Positions 36,751 to 50,779 are shown, counted from the stretch's first letter. The stretch: DNA of 64,000 bases from Octopus sinensis (GCF_006345805.1 NC_043021.1:7254001-7318000), one strand, 5' to 3'. Translations and numbers: made by a program. The notes: generated by a model not told the origin, from the letters alone.

Positions 36751-37629
36751 TATATATATATCTTTATATATATACTCACCTATATATATATTATATATAC
36801 ATACACTATATATGTATACACACACGCGCGCACGTGCATACACACATGTGCATGCACACACATACAGACAGACACGTATACACATACATACGTTATACAC
36901 ACATGTAAACGCACACATACACACACACACATACTCACGCGCACACGTATGTAGATATGCGTGTGCGTGTGTTTATATATATATATATACGTGTGAGAGG
37001 TTTCCATACAGTTTACACCAATCAAATTCACCATCGAGGCATTAATCGACCCAAGGCCGTAGCTGAAGATACTTGCCCAAGGTGGCGTACTGCAATGGAA
37101 TGAATGATCGAACCCAAAACCACTTGTTTTTGAGATGTGAACTTGCTAACCACTTAACCGCACAGTCATATATAATCATGACCGCGCTTACTCGCACGTA
37201 TAACGAACACATCCGCGCGCGAGCGCGCGCACACACACACACACACACACACAAAACCCCCACCTCCACCACTACCACAATTTTCAGGAAATCATTAGTA
37301 AATTGCCCTTAATTATAGTCATTGTTTTGTTCTTTATACAATCAAATCCTGTTAACCTCATTGGCCCCTTTCTACCACTCCTCCTCAACCACTTGTACGT
37401 TGCTTTTATATATATATACAACCATCTGCACGCGCGCCCGTTGTAATGTTAGTGCTTGTAGTAGTGGTAGTGGTAAAGTGAAGGTTGCGATAGTGGTGGT
37501 GGTTGCAGTGGTTATACCTATAGTAGTAGTTGTTGTTGTTGTTACGCCTTGGTCAGCGCCTTCGACGAGCAGACCAACAAGCTATAGCCAGTCTTGTTGC
37601 AGATATTCAGAATGGTGGATCACCATGTA

Positions 37630-38032
37630 TACTCTTTTACTTGTTTCAGTCATTTGACTGCGGCCATGCTGGAGCACCGCCTTTAGTCGAGCAAATCGAC
37701 CCCGGGACTTATTCTTTGTAAGCCCAGTACTTATTCTATCGGTCTCTTTTGCCGAACCGCTAAGTGACGGGGACGTAAACACACCAGCATCGGTTGTCAA
37801 GCAATGCTAGGGGGACAAACACAGACACACAAACACATACACGCACACACACATATATATACATATATACGACAGGCTTCTTTTAGTTTCCGTCTACCAA
37901 ATCCACTCACAAGGCATTGGTCGGCCCGGGGCTATAGCAGAAGACACTTGCCCAAGATGCCACGCAGTGGGACTGAACCCGGAACCATGTGGTTGGTTAG
38001 CAAGCTACTTACCACACAGCCACTCCTGCACC
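37630..38032 (-). mobile_element. SINE family A, full-length well-preserved copy
   Basis: Minus strand ggtgcaggagtggctgtgtggtaag (A box) ..ggttccgggttcagtccc (B box-like) ..cttgggcaagtgtctt (CORE-like) ..aaacaagtaaaagagta tail. Confidence 0.9.
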
Positions 38033-39503
38033 TTGCTCTTTTTTTCTTTTCGACGATAAGGTATGTTTTGAGGGGGGATTTAACTACTGTTCCTAGTCGG
38101 CCGGACGACCTCGAGAAGTTCTTTATTGGTTGCTTCTATTTCCGATTATTTAATAAGGAAACTGGTTGACTTGTACACATACATATTGTCACATATCACA
38201 ATTTTTTTCGAAATTTCAAGTTTCACTTTGTAGATATATGTGATGTGTGTCATTAAATTCCGATATTATCGTAATCTACCCCATCTCAAAAGTATTTGTA
38301 GAAAATTTCATCAAAAAAATTACATTTTTCTGAAAGTTATGAGAAAACAAAGCTGGCGCGTGTGAATTTTCAGAAGCTCTTCCCGACCCCCATGGAAAAT
38401 ATTTTCACAATAAATTCCCATATAATCGGAATCTACACCATCTCATGCGTATTTATAGGAAATTTCATTCAAAGGTTTCCGTTTTCTGGGAGTTAAGAGA
38501 AGAAGTTGGCGAGGAGGGGGCACACTTGTGTAGGTATGCCTAAAATGACAAGACAATGTAAATTTTCGAAATAAAGATGGTGTGGTCGTGGATGGAACGT
38601 CTTTCGTCAGAAGTCTACTCGATCATAGTTGTCTAAACGTTAAACAAGAACAAAAACCGCGACTGTAATGGCGAGGAAGCCTTACGTGGTCGCTCATTAT
38701 ACTAGAAACAGCAGTCAAATCATACCGTACTGCATGATGAAATGGGACAGAATGGTCTCGGCTGGAAAGCTACTCGATCGGAGTTGGCATTGGCTAAATA
38801 ACTTCAGCAAATATAAACGGATGCTTAAGATAATGAATAGGACAGTCATAGCGGGAAGATCATAAATCATATCTACTTTATGACTGACCAGGGGCTAAAC
38901 ATCAACAACAAAAATAACAGCGACACCAGTAACAAGAACAAACACGTGTCAAAACGTTGACCCAAATTTAAAAATTGTCAAAGAACTTGTTTTCTTGCGT
39001 CACAGTATATTCCCGGATATGTTGACAGTTAACTTAACAGGTACATAGCAGGTAGCTCTGCCTCCTCCATACGACACAACTCGCTACAGTACACTATATT
39101 ATATACAACACTTCACCACAATACACTACATTATATCACACTATACGACTCCCTACTAATACAAGAGCCGACGTGGGAGCTTTTGTACGTTGTCGCTCGA
39201 CTTTGCTTTAAAATGAGCGATCACATCCGAACACCTGTAAAAGAAATGCAGGGTCACAACGGGTATACCGTAAGCCTAAAGGCAATGCGTACGAGGCAAA
39301 ACAAAACAACAAAAAATATCCCCTCAAAACCCAGAATGGTCATAGATTCATTTGGCCGATCTGATCAAGGATTATACAATTACAATATTTTCTTGCATTA
39401 AAGTACACTGGCATCTACTAAAGAATACCATCATATACTAGAGTACACTAAATTACTACACTATAAAGCATGCTGCTATAGACTAAAGTACGTTGCTTTA
39501 AAG

Positions 39504-39825
39504 CAGTGTTTCTCAACCGGGAGTCCAAGTGACCCCTGGGGGGGGGGGTTCAACGCAATCAAAACAGTAAATTAGGAATCCACAGTAGTATTTCAAGGGT
39601 CCATGGAAAAATGTTACTTAGTGTGTATTTATTGCAAGAAACAGGTTTCTTTCTCAAATGTTTTACATAGTTCGACCTACTAAAGTGATTGCTTGATGAA
39701 CAAATAGGAATTTTGAAAGAAGTATCTATACAACTAGTTTATAAACATTGAATGGTATAGGGGTCCACCAGAATAAAATAGTAATGAAAGGGGTCCTTAG
39801 ATACAAAAATGGTTGAGAACTATTG
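39504..39825. mobile_element. hAT-type MITE with 8-bp TSD
   Basis: CAGTGTTTCTCAACC ... GGTTGAGAACTATTG flanked by CTTTAAAG (39496-39503) and CTCTAAAG (39826-39833). Confidence 0.8.
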
Positions 39826-42800
39826 CTCTAAAGTATTTTGCTTTGCGTTAAAGTACACTAATACATTAAAGTACATTGGCCTTATGCTAAAAGTACACTG
39901 CACTACACAAAGTACTTACAGTAACGTACATTTGTTTACGCAAAGGTACCCTGCCTTACACTGTCATGTAATAAGTGATACTACACTAAAGTACGCTACC
40001 TTGCATTTCGCTGCATTCACACCCGAAGTCCACAAGCCAAGCTGACATTGATTTCAAATTGTTACACAAGGCTAGCAAGTTCGAGGGAGTGGGTAAGTCG
40101 ATTACACTGAACCCAGTGCTCAACTGGACCCCGAAAGGATGAAAGGCAAAGTTGACCTCGGAACATAAAGACGGACTTTTCGTCTAAGCTTTTTTCCCGG
40201 CGTGCTAACGATTCTGTTAGCTCGACACCTCAGCCAGGCTGATATTTAAAAAAAACAACTTCTATAAACTACTGTTGTTTATTAGCTCGTGGTCGGATTT
40301 GATCTTAGAAAACATTTAAGACGTGACCATCCCGTCGATTTCTTTTTGTTCTGTCAATTCAAATAGCTTGGACTTCCATCAGTATTGTTGTTTAACCATA
40401 GGTCAGCTTCTGGTCCAGGAAACTTGCAATCGAAGGCAACATTCAGACCATCTTTTTTTTTTTACTTAGCACAATATCTAGGGGTTATATGCCCTTCCTT
40501 TTTAATATGTGAGCATGATTTGACAGCTATTACTAGCAGACCGAACAACCATATAGAATTTCCACGTTTTACCTTTGGTTTTGCCCAAGTCAATCCTGCT
40601 TGTCCACAGGCTTATTATCAAATGCATTCCAACCACGCCATCCAACCTTTCTATAGGCTTCAAGACTATTACAATATATAACATGCCCTTCTTTTCAAGG
40701 TGGTAGAAGTCGATATATGAGAAATTCAGCAGTTATTTTAAGTAAATAGAGAGATCTTAGAGGTAACTTAGTTAGATCGAACAGGAGCCAGTTGTTTATA
40801 ACCACAGGTCAGCAATAATCGAGCAGAAATGATCAATGATAGACATACCTCCACATCAATGATATTACCGTCATGGCTTCTTCGTTTTTTAGACGGTAAA
40901 ATGTGGTTTGAGAGTGTTTAACTGCTATTCCCAGCAGATCGCACATCCACGAATAGGTTTTCTTGATGGATCGTCCGAAAGCCACTTGTTGTTTAGCCAA
41001 GGGTCAAAACTGACCGAGCTGACGACCCTAAGATCAAAAGTGTTGCAGTTATGACCAATTCGTCGTTTAGGTTCTAATATGCTCTCTTATTTAAGACAAC
41101 AGCGTTTGGTTTTTGAGGAGACTAGGTTGCTATTTCTAGAAAAAACAAATCAGCAGAATTCGTCTGTGTATCTTTTCAAACTGTCGATAATGAATGAAGT
41201 CGCAGAGACTACTAACAGACAATTCCATTGGCTAAAGCACCAGCCAATAGAATTATTTAGCACATGTTTTAAATGAGCAGCGATAATGAATTATTAATCT
41301 GGAATGATTAAGACACAGAAGACTGACATTAACACAAAATGTTTTGTTATTTAGCTGAATGTCATCAGGTTTAATCGGGCTTATAAACCAGAGTTTTAAC
41401 CCTGACCATCATACCTGGTTTTATTTTCAAATGAGGCGAATTGGCAAAGTTGTCAAGTGCGTCGGATATAATCCTTTGCGATATTCGTTTCGGCTCTGTT
41501 CTCCTAGCTCAAATCCTGCCGAGATCAACTTTATTTTACATTCTTTCAGGAGTCGATAAATAAAGTACCAGTTCTATACTTGAATCAATTCTTGCTTGCT
41601 CACTCTCTAAGAAGAAGCCAGTGGTGTTCAGATCTAGAGGGCTCCGCCAGGTTTTAACATGCTTAAAGCGCACAGCATGTCACGAGTCCCGAAGACCATA
41701 TCGTGGCCTCAAGGAAAGAAAGATCAAGAACTATCATCAATCTCCTCATTTCCTCTCTGACAAATGCAATAAGCGTTGTTATTTGGCGAGCGGGGTAACG
41801 GTCACAGAATCCGTAGGAGAACTTGGGGTGTAGGGGTCGCGGATATTTGGGACTGTAAGGAATGTAGGAGGTCTGGGGTTATGCAGAGACTAATGTGTGA
41901 CGAGGGAGCCAAGAATCACGTAGATATTGTTGCGTGAGGTAAAGGGATAAGGACCGCGTTAAGTACCGTAGTGGGGGGACGAGGGAGCCAGGGATCACGT
42001 AAGGATTGTTGTGTGGGATCAGAGACACTACGTAGGCAGATCTTGCATAAAGAATGTTGGCATGTCAGAATTAGTAGAAATGCCAGAACGAGATGAACAG
42101 GTTGTAGCATTTAATCATAAGGTTGATAAAATATGTTGAGACTCATAGAACCAAGTAGGGGGTAGTTTTAAGCGGTCGTTTAAGCTAAAAATAGCAGCTA
42201 ATGTCAAAGTATACACTTTGGGCGTAGGTCCTCAATTTTTGAGACCCTATGTTGCCAAGCCTATACGCTATATTGAATCTAGTTGTGGGGTTTAACCTGA
42301 AGAAAACGGAAATTTCAATCTTGGAAGACGGTGCGGGGTCTTAATTGTTGGGCTGTGCTTAGGTTATCAGTTGGACTTAATCTAGTCCCGTGTAAATGTC
42401 TATACATGAGCCAACTGTGGAATCTCTATGAGGTTGCGTCACTTGTTAGAATTAACAGCAGAATATTCTGCAAAATTGCATCCTTCTGTTTTTAAAGACG
42501 AAGGGATGAGCGTGTATTTCCAAAAAATTGTCCGATATTCCTACCTAGAAACAATAAATAAAAACCCCTATGCATTATGACTAATTGTATATGAATAAAT
42601 GAACGATAAACAAATAGAAAAGATTCACACGAGCCGGCTTTTTTTCCCCTATAACTTTCAGAAAAAAGGTAATTTTTTTTAATTGAAATTTTTTACAAAT
42701 ACCTTTCAAATGGTGTAGATTATGATTAAACAGTAATTTGATATGAAAAAAAAAAAAAAATGGAGCTGGCACACATGCATCGATAAAATGTAACTTGAAA

Positions 42801-43219
42801 AAAATTTGTGATGTTTATTAGTATGTGCCCTCCATTTTTTCCACAAATTATGATATAATCGTAATGTACACATTCTGAAAGGCATTTGTAGAAAATTTCG
42901 TTTAAAAATACCAATTTTTCTGAAAGTTATGAAGAAACAAAACCAACACGTGTGAATTTTCCGAAACTCCTCTCCTCACACATCAGAAAAGAAAAAAAAA
43001 CTTTCACTACAAATTCCGATACAGTTGGAATCTACACAATCTGAAGTGAATTTGTAGAAAATTTCCTTTAAAAAGATCCATTTCCAAAAGTTATGAGGAA
43101 ACGATTTCGAGTGAGGTGGGGTTGAGGACACTCGTGGAGGTGTGCCTAAGGACGACAAATACATATATACAGACTAGCAGAGAAAGAGATCCGGTAGAAA
43201 AAAAAAACGCGCAAACACA

Positions 43220-43289
<70 letters not shown>

Positions 43290-43397
43290 ATTTTTTTTTG
43301 TGCCAATTGCATTTTGTGAACCCAGAGAATACCAAGATCAGAGAGCGAGAGGCATGGGTAATTAAATAGCGACCGGTTACATAGCAAAGATGTACAA

Positions 43398-43450
<53 letters not shown>

Positions 43451-43792
43451 ATGGATAAAGATGCAAGTAGAAGGATTGAAAAAAAAAAATACAAATGAAT
43501 ATCTATCTGTAGTAGCAGAGATATACAACCAATTATAAAATGTTGGATTGATTGACAGAAAAATATAAAACAGAATGACAGTGAGAACGAAGGATGTAAA
43601 CAAGCTAACATTGCAGGCACACAGCGGCTGGCATGAAGAGTAATATAGGATCCCAAAGCAATGCACTGGGGGCCCTACATACACACTAAACTACAGCATA
43701 CAGAGGGCCACTTAGTACCGTGAGCTATTTGGACAATCTGCCCGATGTGTCTATACCTCAATACAGCACTGTGTGTGAGAGAGAGATGGCTA

Positions 43793-44205
43793 GGCCGCAG
43801 GTGGGACTGTGTGGTAAGAAGCTTGCTTCCCAACCACATGGTTCCGGGTTCAGTCCCATTGCTTGGCACCTTGGGCAAGTGTCTTCTACTATAGCATCGG
43901 GCCGATCTAAGCCTTGTGAGTGGATTTGGTAAACGAAAACTGTAAAAAGCCCGTTGTAATATGTGTATGTATGTATATGTGTATATATATATATATGTTT
44001 GTGTGTGTCTCTTTGTGCCCTTGTTTGACCCCACCACCACCACTTGACAACTAGTGTTGGTGTGCTTACGCCCCCGTAACTTAGAGGAGGAAAGAATAAG
44101 CGCTACGCTTAAAAAAAAAAAAAAACAAATCCTGGGGTCGATTTGTTCATATAAAACATTTCAAGGCGGTGCCCCAGCATGGCCGCAGTTAAATGACTGA
44201 AACAA
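43793..44205 (+). mobile_element. SINE family A
   Basis: Full head to tail, with an unrelated insertion near 44085-44125. Confidence 0.8.
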
Positions 44206-44226
44206 AATACTATATATACATACAGC

Positions 44227-44285
<59 letters not shown>

Positions 44286-45079
44286 GAGAGAGATAGAGTG
44301 AAAGAGGGATAGAAAGAAGAGGGGAAAAGAGATGGAGAAAAAGAAAGAGGTAGAGAAAGAAAGAGAGATTTGGAAAAATAAAACTGCGTTAAAAAAATCG
44401 TCGAATACCACAACAAAAAAAAAATTAACAGCAGCAGCAGCAGCAGCCAGAGGCGTAGCGTGGGTTTTGGCACCCCTCTGTGGTGCCCCACCCCAACCGG
44501 CATTACGCTACTGACAACACCCAAGGGGGTATCCTCACTACATGGTCGCTCGAACTTTTATCCTTTAATCAGGAAGTGCAATACCTACAAATAACAGAAT
44601 CTCCAAGAATGATAGGGAAAAAATAGAGAGAGAGAGTGAGAGAGAGAGGGTGAAGGGAGGAAGCCAAACCGGAGATCGAATTCGAAAGTTTGCCACATTG
44701 GACATCGCTATTCCAGGTAGTGGTATCGCACTGGGCGGGAATTGAACTCAGAAGTAAGGAGCTGGAATAAATACTGTCGTGTCTTTGTCCGACAATTTTT
44801 TGACACATGCACAGACTTGCAGAAATTTCGGCAAAGTGGTTGGTCGATTAAATTGCTCCAGTTTTTGACTGGTGCTTCGACCCCAAGTATTAGGGGTCAA
44901 AAGTCGACCACAGCAAAACAGAGCTGTGGTTAATACCATAAAGTATTGGGTTTGACAATAACGTTTCGGTAAGGTAAGCCACCCCAAGGAAGAACACGAT
45001 TAAAATGAAAATAAAAAAGGCATATTCCCCAGCATGACCACGTACCGCTGGTTGTAATTAATATTTTATATTGTAGGGT

Positions 45080-45280
45080 ACAAGACCTGGAATTTGAGGG
45101 GAGAGGGATAGTCGATTACATCGAACCCCAGTGCTTGAATGGTACTTAATTTAGCGACCCCGAAAGGATGAAAGGCAAAGTCGACTTCGGCGAAATTTGA
45201 ACTCAGAATATAAAGACGGACGAAATACCGCTAAGCATTTTACCCATCGAGCTAACGGTTCTGCCAGTTCGTCGCCTTCT
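45080..45280 (-). mobile_element. SINE family B, ~45 bp from the exon 1 donor
   Basis: Reverse complement of the family B consensus, same sense as the P450. Confidence 0.8.
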
Positions 45281-45323
45281 TACTCGTTGTAATAAATAAA
45301 AGATAAGAAATTGTAAATTTTAC

Positions 45324-45834
45324 CTTTTCCTTGGCCAAGTTTCTCGGTTATAAAAGTGCTTGCCTTGTTCGTAAAAAGATCCGGGTTGGTGATAAAGGCC
45401 TCTTTGAAATTATTGTAGCCGTTTAGAAAGATGAGCATCTTGTTGCCCACGTGCAGGCTGAAGATGTCACCGTAACGTTTGCGTAACTGAGCCAGCACCT
45501 CGGCCAGGTCGGAGCTGGAGAACAGCACAGTGCTACCAACAATCGGTATGCGGGGCGGTCCCGGAGGCAAACCTTCCAGTCGCTGTTTCCACACGCTTAA
45601 CAGCAGGCCGAGCGTACCCAGGAAAATAATGAGTGTGGTGAGATCGGGTGGTGTGGGAAAGGTAGACTGCATCTGTGAATTTTCGACCAGCGGTTCCATG
45701 CTGGTCTGTGCGGCGGCTGCGCTGCTGCTGACAATGCTAGCGATAAAGGCGATATTGGGCGCTGGCGATGATGAGTGGTCAACACCAGCTACCACGCGCT
45801 GATGGTTGGCGGGTGACACAGTCGTGTTGTACAT
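45324..45834 (-). CDS. Cytochrome P450 clan 2, coding exon 1 (membrane anchor, proline-rich hinge)
   Basis: TM segment LTTLIIFLGTLGLLLSVW, LPPGPPRIPIVG, YGDIFSLHVG. Donor AAAG|gtaaaa, phase 1. Start may be 45834, 45699 (best context, AGCATGG) or 45672. Confidence 0.95.
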
Positions 45835-45896
45835 ATATAGGGCCGTACTGGAAAAAGCTCCAACAATATAACGAACCTGCTGAGGTTACGTTCGCC

Positions 45897-45902
45897 TTTA
45901 TA
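45897..45902 (-). promoter_or_regulatory. TATA box of the P450 gene
   Basis: Minus strand GATATAAAGG, 63 nt upstream of the first ATG; predicts a TSS near 45870. Confidence 0.6.
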
Positions 45903-46280
45903 TCGTTTCCACCGGACGTGTAGGCAGGCAGGAGTGTGCTTTTGCAGAGTTCAGAGAGAAAGAAAGGCGGAGAAGGAAAAAAAAGTTACAGAGTTCGTTT
46001 TCAGCGAATGTATAAACAGTTAATAAAGTATAATTTGGTTTTCACCTACTAAGAGTATGCACATACGTTGTACATAAATGTATAGTTTGCTTTCGCAGAT
46101 GGAACTTATGTATACAGTTTGTATACACCGACGGAACGTATGAATATTATAGTTTTCTTCGAACGTGTGTAAATTGTAAGTTTTGCACCGAACGTTTGTA
46201 TACAGCTATTTTTTTATGTTTGCCGTCAGTGTGTATGCATATATGTTCGTATATAAATAAAACGGTTTGTTTTTCAGAGA

Positions 46281-46323
<43 letters not shown>

Positions 46324-46674
46324 AACTGTTTGTCTTCACTGTATATTATAATATAATTTACTATACTGTAATATACTATGCGTGATAAGTGCTTGTCTTT
46401 CGGCTGTGTAAGCGAATGTCTTGTCTTGTTTTCTTGTTGATTCTATCCTCTTAAAAACTGTTGATAAGTTTTTAATTATTGCAGGACGGAGTGGAAGAGA
46501 TGTACGAGTAGCGAAGTGATTAGGGTAAGATTGGAATTGTGGAGTGAACAAGTTAGAGAAGAATTCTTGTTTATAAAGCACAACCTGAGGTGCGGGGAGA
46601 GATAAGAAACAGAGATAGATAGATAGATATAGAGAGCGGATAGCGGTGGGGGGTGAGGAGAGGGTAATAGAGTA

Positions 46675-46707
<33 letters not shown>

Positions 46708-46869
46708 TGAGATAAAAGTAACAGGGAGGGAGGGAGAGCGAGAGGTAGGGAGGAGAGGGACGAGAGTTAAATGAGGAAAAGGAGGTGGTGATGGTAGAGG
46801 GGGAGAAGGCTGGCTCTCACTCCGGAGGTTGACCGGTGTATTTTACCTGTACAGTTAAGAGGACAGAGT

Positions 46870-47408
46870 CTAATACAGCATACACACACACACACACATA
46901 TACACAAATAGTACATACTCCCACATGTATACCACGCATTACGTCCATACACATTCACGCAGCAGCAATATACGGCGGTATATACACACACACACACACA
47001 TATATATATATATGCATATATACACATAGCAGTTCATACATAATACACATACATAAAGTTGGACACATAACAGCATGTGCACACACACACACACACACAC
47101 ACATGAATGTACATATAGTAGCACGTACGGCAATGTTTACACTCGTTCACACAGCGGTACATATATTCACACTTATTGACAGCACCACACGCACATACAG
47201 CAACGCATCCACACACACACACAAACACACACACACACACACACACATGCACACACTCACATACACAGACACATCCGCATACACACAAGTATACATACAG
47301 TGCACACATACACGCACAACTCTCACACCCCCTATTCAATTATACGCATACTATAGTAAATTGTACACCCACATAAATATTAGACGCACTCACACACATA
47401 AACACACA

Positions 47409-47439
<31 letters not shown>

Positions 47440-47762
47440 TAAACACACACACAATCAGCTCTTCATGTACAAATAGTACACACATACATAGTTATTTTAC
47501 ACAAAAATCACATACAGCGATGCATACATACACACATACAGCGATACATATACACACACACATACATCCACATGTACATACCTACATACATACATACACA
47601 CAGGCATAACAGCGATACATACATGCATACACACACATACATAGATACATGCATACATATGTACATACATACAAACATACGTATACACATACCTACGCAC
47701 ACAATAAATACAAACATACATATATGTGTAGCTACACACAGACATTCGCACGCGCACGCACG

Positions 47763-47812
<50 letters not shown>

Positions 47813-48124
47813 ACACACACACACATGAATGTACATATAGTAGCACGTACGGCAATGTTTACACTCGTTCACACAGCGGTACATATATTCACACTTATTG
47901 ACAGCACCACACGCACATACAGCAACGCATCCACACACACACACAAACACACACACACACACACACACATGCACACACTCACATACACAGACACATCCGC
48001 ATACACACAAGTATACATACAGTGCACACATACACGCACAACTCTCACACCCCCTATTCAATTATACGCATACTATAGTAAATTGTACACCCACATAAAT
48101 AATTAGACGCACTCACACACATAA

Positions 48125-48155
<31 letters not shown>

Positions 48156-48526
48156 TAAACACACACACAATCAGCTCTTCATGTACAAATAGTACACACA
48201 TACATAGTTATTTTACACAAAAATCACATACAGCGATGCATACATACATACATACGTACGCACAGCGATACATAGATGCATACATACACACATACAGCGA
48301 TACATATACACACACACATACATCCACATGTACATACCTACATACATACATACACACAGGCATAACAGCGATACATACATGCATACACACACATACATAG
48401 ATACATGCATACATATGTACATACATACAAACATACGTATACACATACCTACGCACACAATAAATACAAACATACATATATGTGTAGCTACACACAGACA
48501 TTCGCACGCGCACGCACGCACACACA

Positions 48527-48580
<54 letters not shown>
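46870..48580. repeat. CA/TA-rich low-complexity block containing a 722-bp tandem duplication
   Basis: Unit start acatgaatgtacatatagtagcacg at 47101 and 47823. Confidence 0.9.
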
Positions 48581-48585
<5 letters not shown>

Positions 48586-48879
48586 TTATCGCTGATTTTC
48601 CACGCTTTCTACTCGAACAATTAGTCAAACTTAAAATGTGATGGTTGTTGTTTAGCCCCCGGCCAGCCCTGAACGCGCAGATCCGTCATAAATATATTCC
48701 AGTAATTTTTTTTGCCCTATGTACTGAGGATCCAGGCCCATATTTTCCAATGTGGCCCTCCCCCCTCATTTTTATGTTATAGATGGCTGCAGAATGCATT
48801 TGAAGGGAGATTTGGCTGTTATTTTTAGCTAGTCAAGTGACCACGTAGAAGCTTAGTATTTGGTTTCATGTTGCAAATG

Positions 48880-49340
48880 GTAGAGATGGTGGTGGTGGTG
48901 GTGGTGGTGGTGGTGAGCGTAATGTGCTGTTGTTGCGGTGGTGATGGTGGTGGAGGGCGATTTTGTTGATGTTGTTGGCGGCGGTGGTGGTTGTTGATTG
49001 CGGTTAGGGTGATGGTGGTTGTGGTGGGAGCGGTGATGCTTACGGAGATGTTTGCAATGGTTTGTGGTGACGTTGGCGGCGGCGACAGTGGTGGTGGTGG
49101 TGGTGGTGGTGGTAGTAGTAGTGGTGGTGGTGGGGTGGTGATGGTTGCAGAGGTGATAGTTGTGGTCGTATAGGTGGTAGTACTGGTATTGGTCCTGATT
49201 GTGGTGATGGGTAGAGTTAGTGGTAGTGGTGGTGGTGATGGTGGTGGTGGTGGTTGTAGCTGTGATACTGGTGAAGGAAGTGTTGATGATGATGGGAAGT
49301 GGTTGCAGTGGTGGTTGTGGTGGTGCCAGTGATAGCAGTA
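48880..49340. repeat. (GGT/GAT)n low-complexity tract
   Basis: Degenerate trinucleotide repeats. Confidence 0.85.
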
Positions 49341-49674
49341 GTTGTTCTCGTGGGTCCGTGGTATTGTTATTTAACCCCAGGTCAGCCTCGATCAAGCAGA
49401 CCTTTGATCACAGAAACATGTTTGAAGATGTGGCCATCCCACCTTGTATATCAAACACTGAATTGGGAAACGTATTTTCCCTCGTTTTTCTAAGAAAGGG
49501 TGTGATTTGGGGGAATTTGGCGTCTATTTCTAGCAGGCTGCATGACCACTTAGAGGTGTTTCCTCTGTTGTCAAGTAGCAGCGATACTTGTAGTAGTAGT
49601 AGTAGTAGTAGTAGTAGTAATAGTAGATGTGATGTATTTTAGCCCTAGTTCAGTGTCCTGATCAAATAAAACTA

Positions 49675-50075
49675 ACTTTGCGGCCATTCTGTGGCACCGT
49701 CTTACAGAATTTTTAGTCGTACAAATCGATCCCATACTTTTTATTTTTATTATTATTATTTAACCCTGGCACTTTACTCCATCAGTCTATATTTTGCCGA
49801 ACCGCTAAGTTTCGAATACGTAAACACAACCACGCTGGTTATAAAGCGATGGTGGGGGATAAGCACAGACACGTGCGTGCGACGTACACACACCGCACAC
49901 ACACTGCATACACACATACACACAGAACGGGCTTCTTTCAGTTTCTGTCTACCAGATCCATTCACAAGGCTTTGGTCGACCCGAGGCTATAGCAGGAGAC
50001 ACTTGCCCAAGGTGTCACGCAGTGGGACTGAACTATGTGGCTAGGAGGCAAGCTTCTAACCACACAGCCATGCCT
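49675..50075 (-). mobile_element. SINE family A
   Basis: Reverse complement of 53597-54005. Confidence 0.75.
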
Positions 50076-50288
50076 ACGCCCATGATCATAGATTGTAGGG
50101 TTCGTAGGGTCACGGCATTCCAAGAACCACATTATCTAATGTTCCGTCGTTTCCATTTCTTTTTCGACAGTAGGTATGATTTGAGGGAGACATAGCTGCT
50201 CTTTCTAGTTGTCCAAACAACCACATAATGATTCTTTTTGTTGTGGCCGCCTTTGTTGTTGTTGGTTGTAAAGGGGAAACATTGTACT

Positions 50289-50322
<34 letters not shown>

Positions 50323-50746
50323 TAGTAGTAGTTAGTAGTAGTAGTTAGTAGTAGTAGTAGTAGTGGTGGTGGTGGTGGTGGTACTACTAGTAGTAGTAGT
50401 AGTAGTTAGTAGTAGTAGTAGTGGTGTGGTGGTGGTGGTGGTGGTGGTGGTGGTGGTAGTAGTAGTAGTAGTAACGTTATCTTTATATTTCGTTTTTAAG
50501 CTTTCTTTTTTATTTTTTATTTTTATTTATTTATTCCATATCCTCCACCGCTGCCTCCCCACCTCCCGTCCCTCGACCACCTCCTTACGTCGTTCGAACT
50601 TGAAAACCTCGCCTCAAAACAAACATTCGAATAAACAATGTAAAATGACAACCTCTCCCCTCTTAAAAAATAAAATAAAATAAAATAAAATAAAATAAAA
50701 AATAACACCGAAATTCCTTTTAGAGCAGAGTAATTCTTCTCCCTTT

Positions 50747-50779
<33 letters not shown>

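Noticed and set aside
37980-38032. tRNA genes
   Set aside because: All A/B-box-like heads continue into SINE bodies and do not fold as complete cloverleaves; no true tRNA gene was found.
39400-40000. Recurring TAAAGTACAC motif around the hAT MITE
   Set aside because: Degenerate minisatellite with no further structure seen.
41890-42015. 34-nt direct repeat (gacgagggagcca..atcacgta..attgttg) at 79-nt spacing
   Set aside because: Only two copies, with no ORF, PBS or LTR ends to assign it.
46836-48641. Multiple 100-257 aa ORFs
   Set aside because: CA/TA microsatellite artefacts.
48853-49642. His/Thr-rich and Val-rich ORFs
   Set aside because: Products of GGT/GAT trinucleotide tracts with no recognisable domain or splice support.
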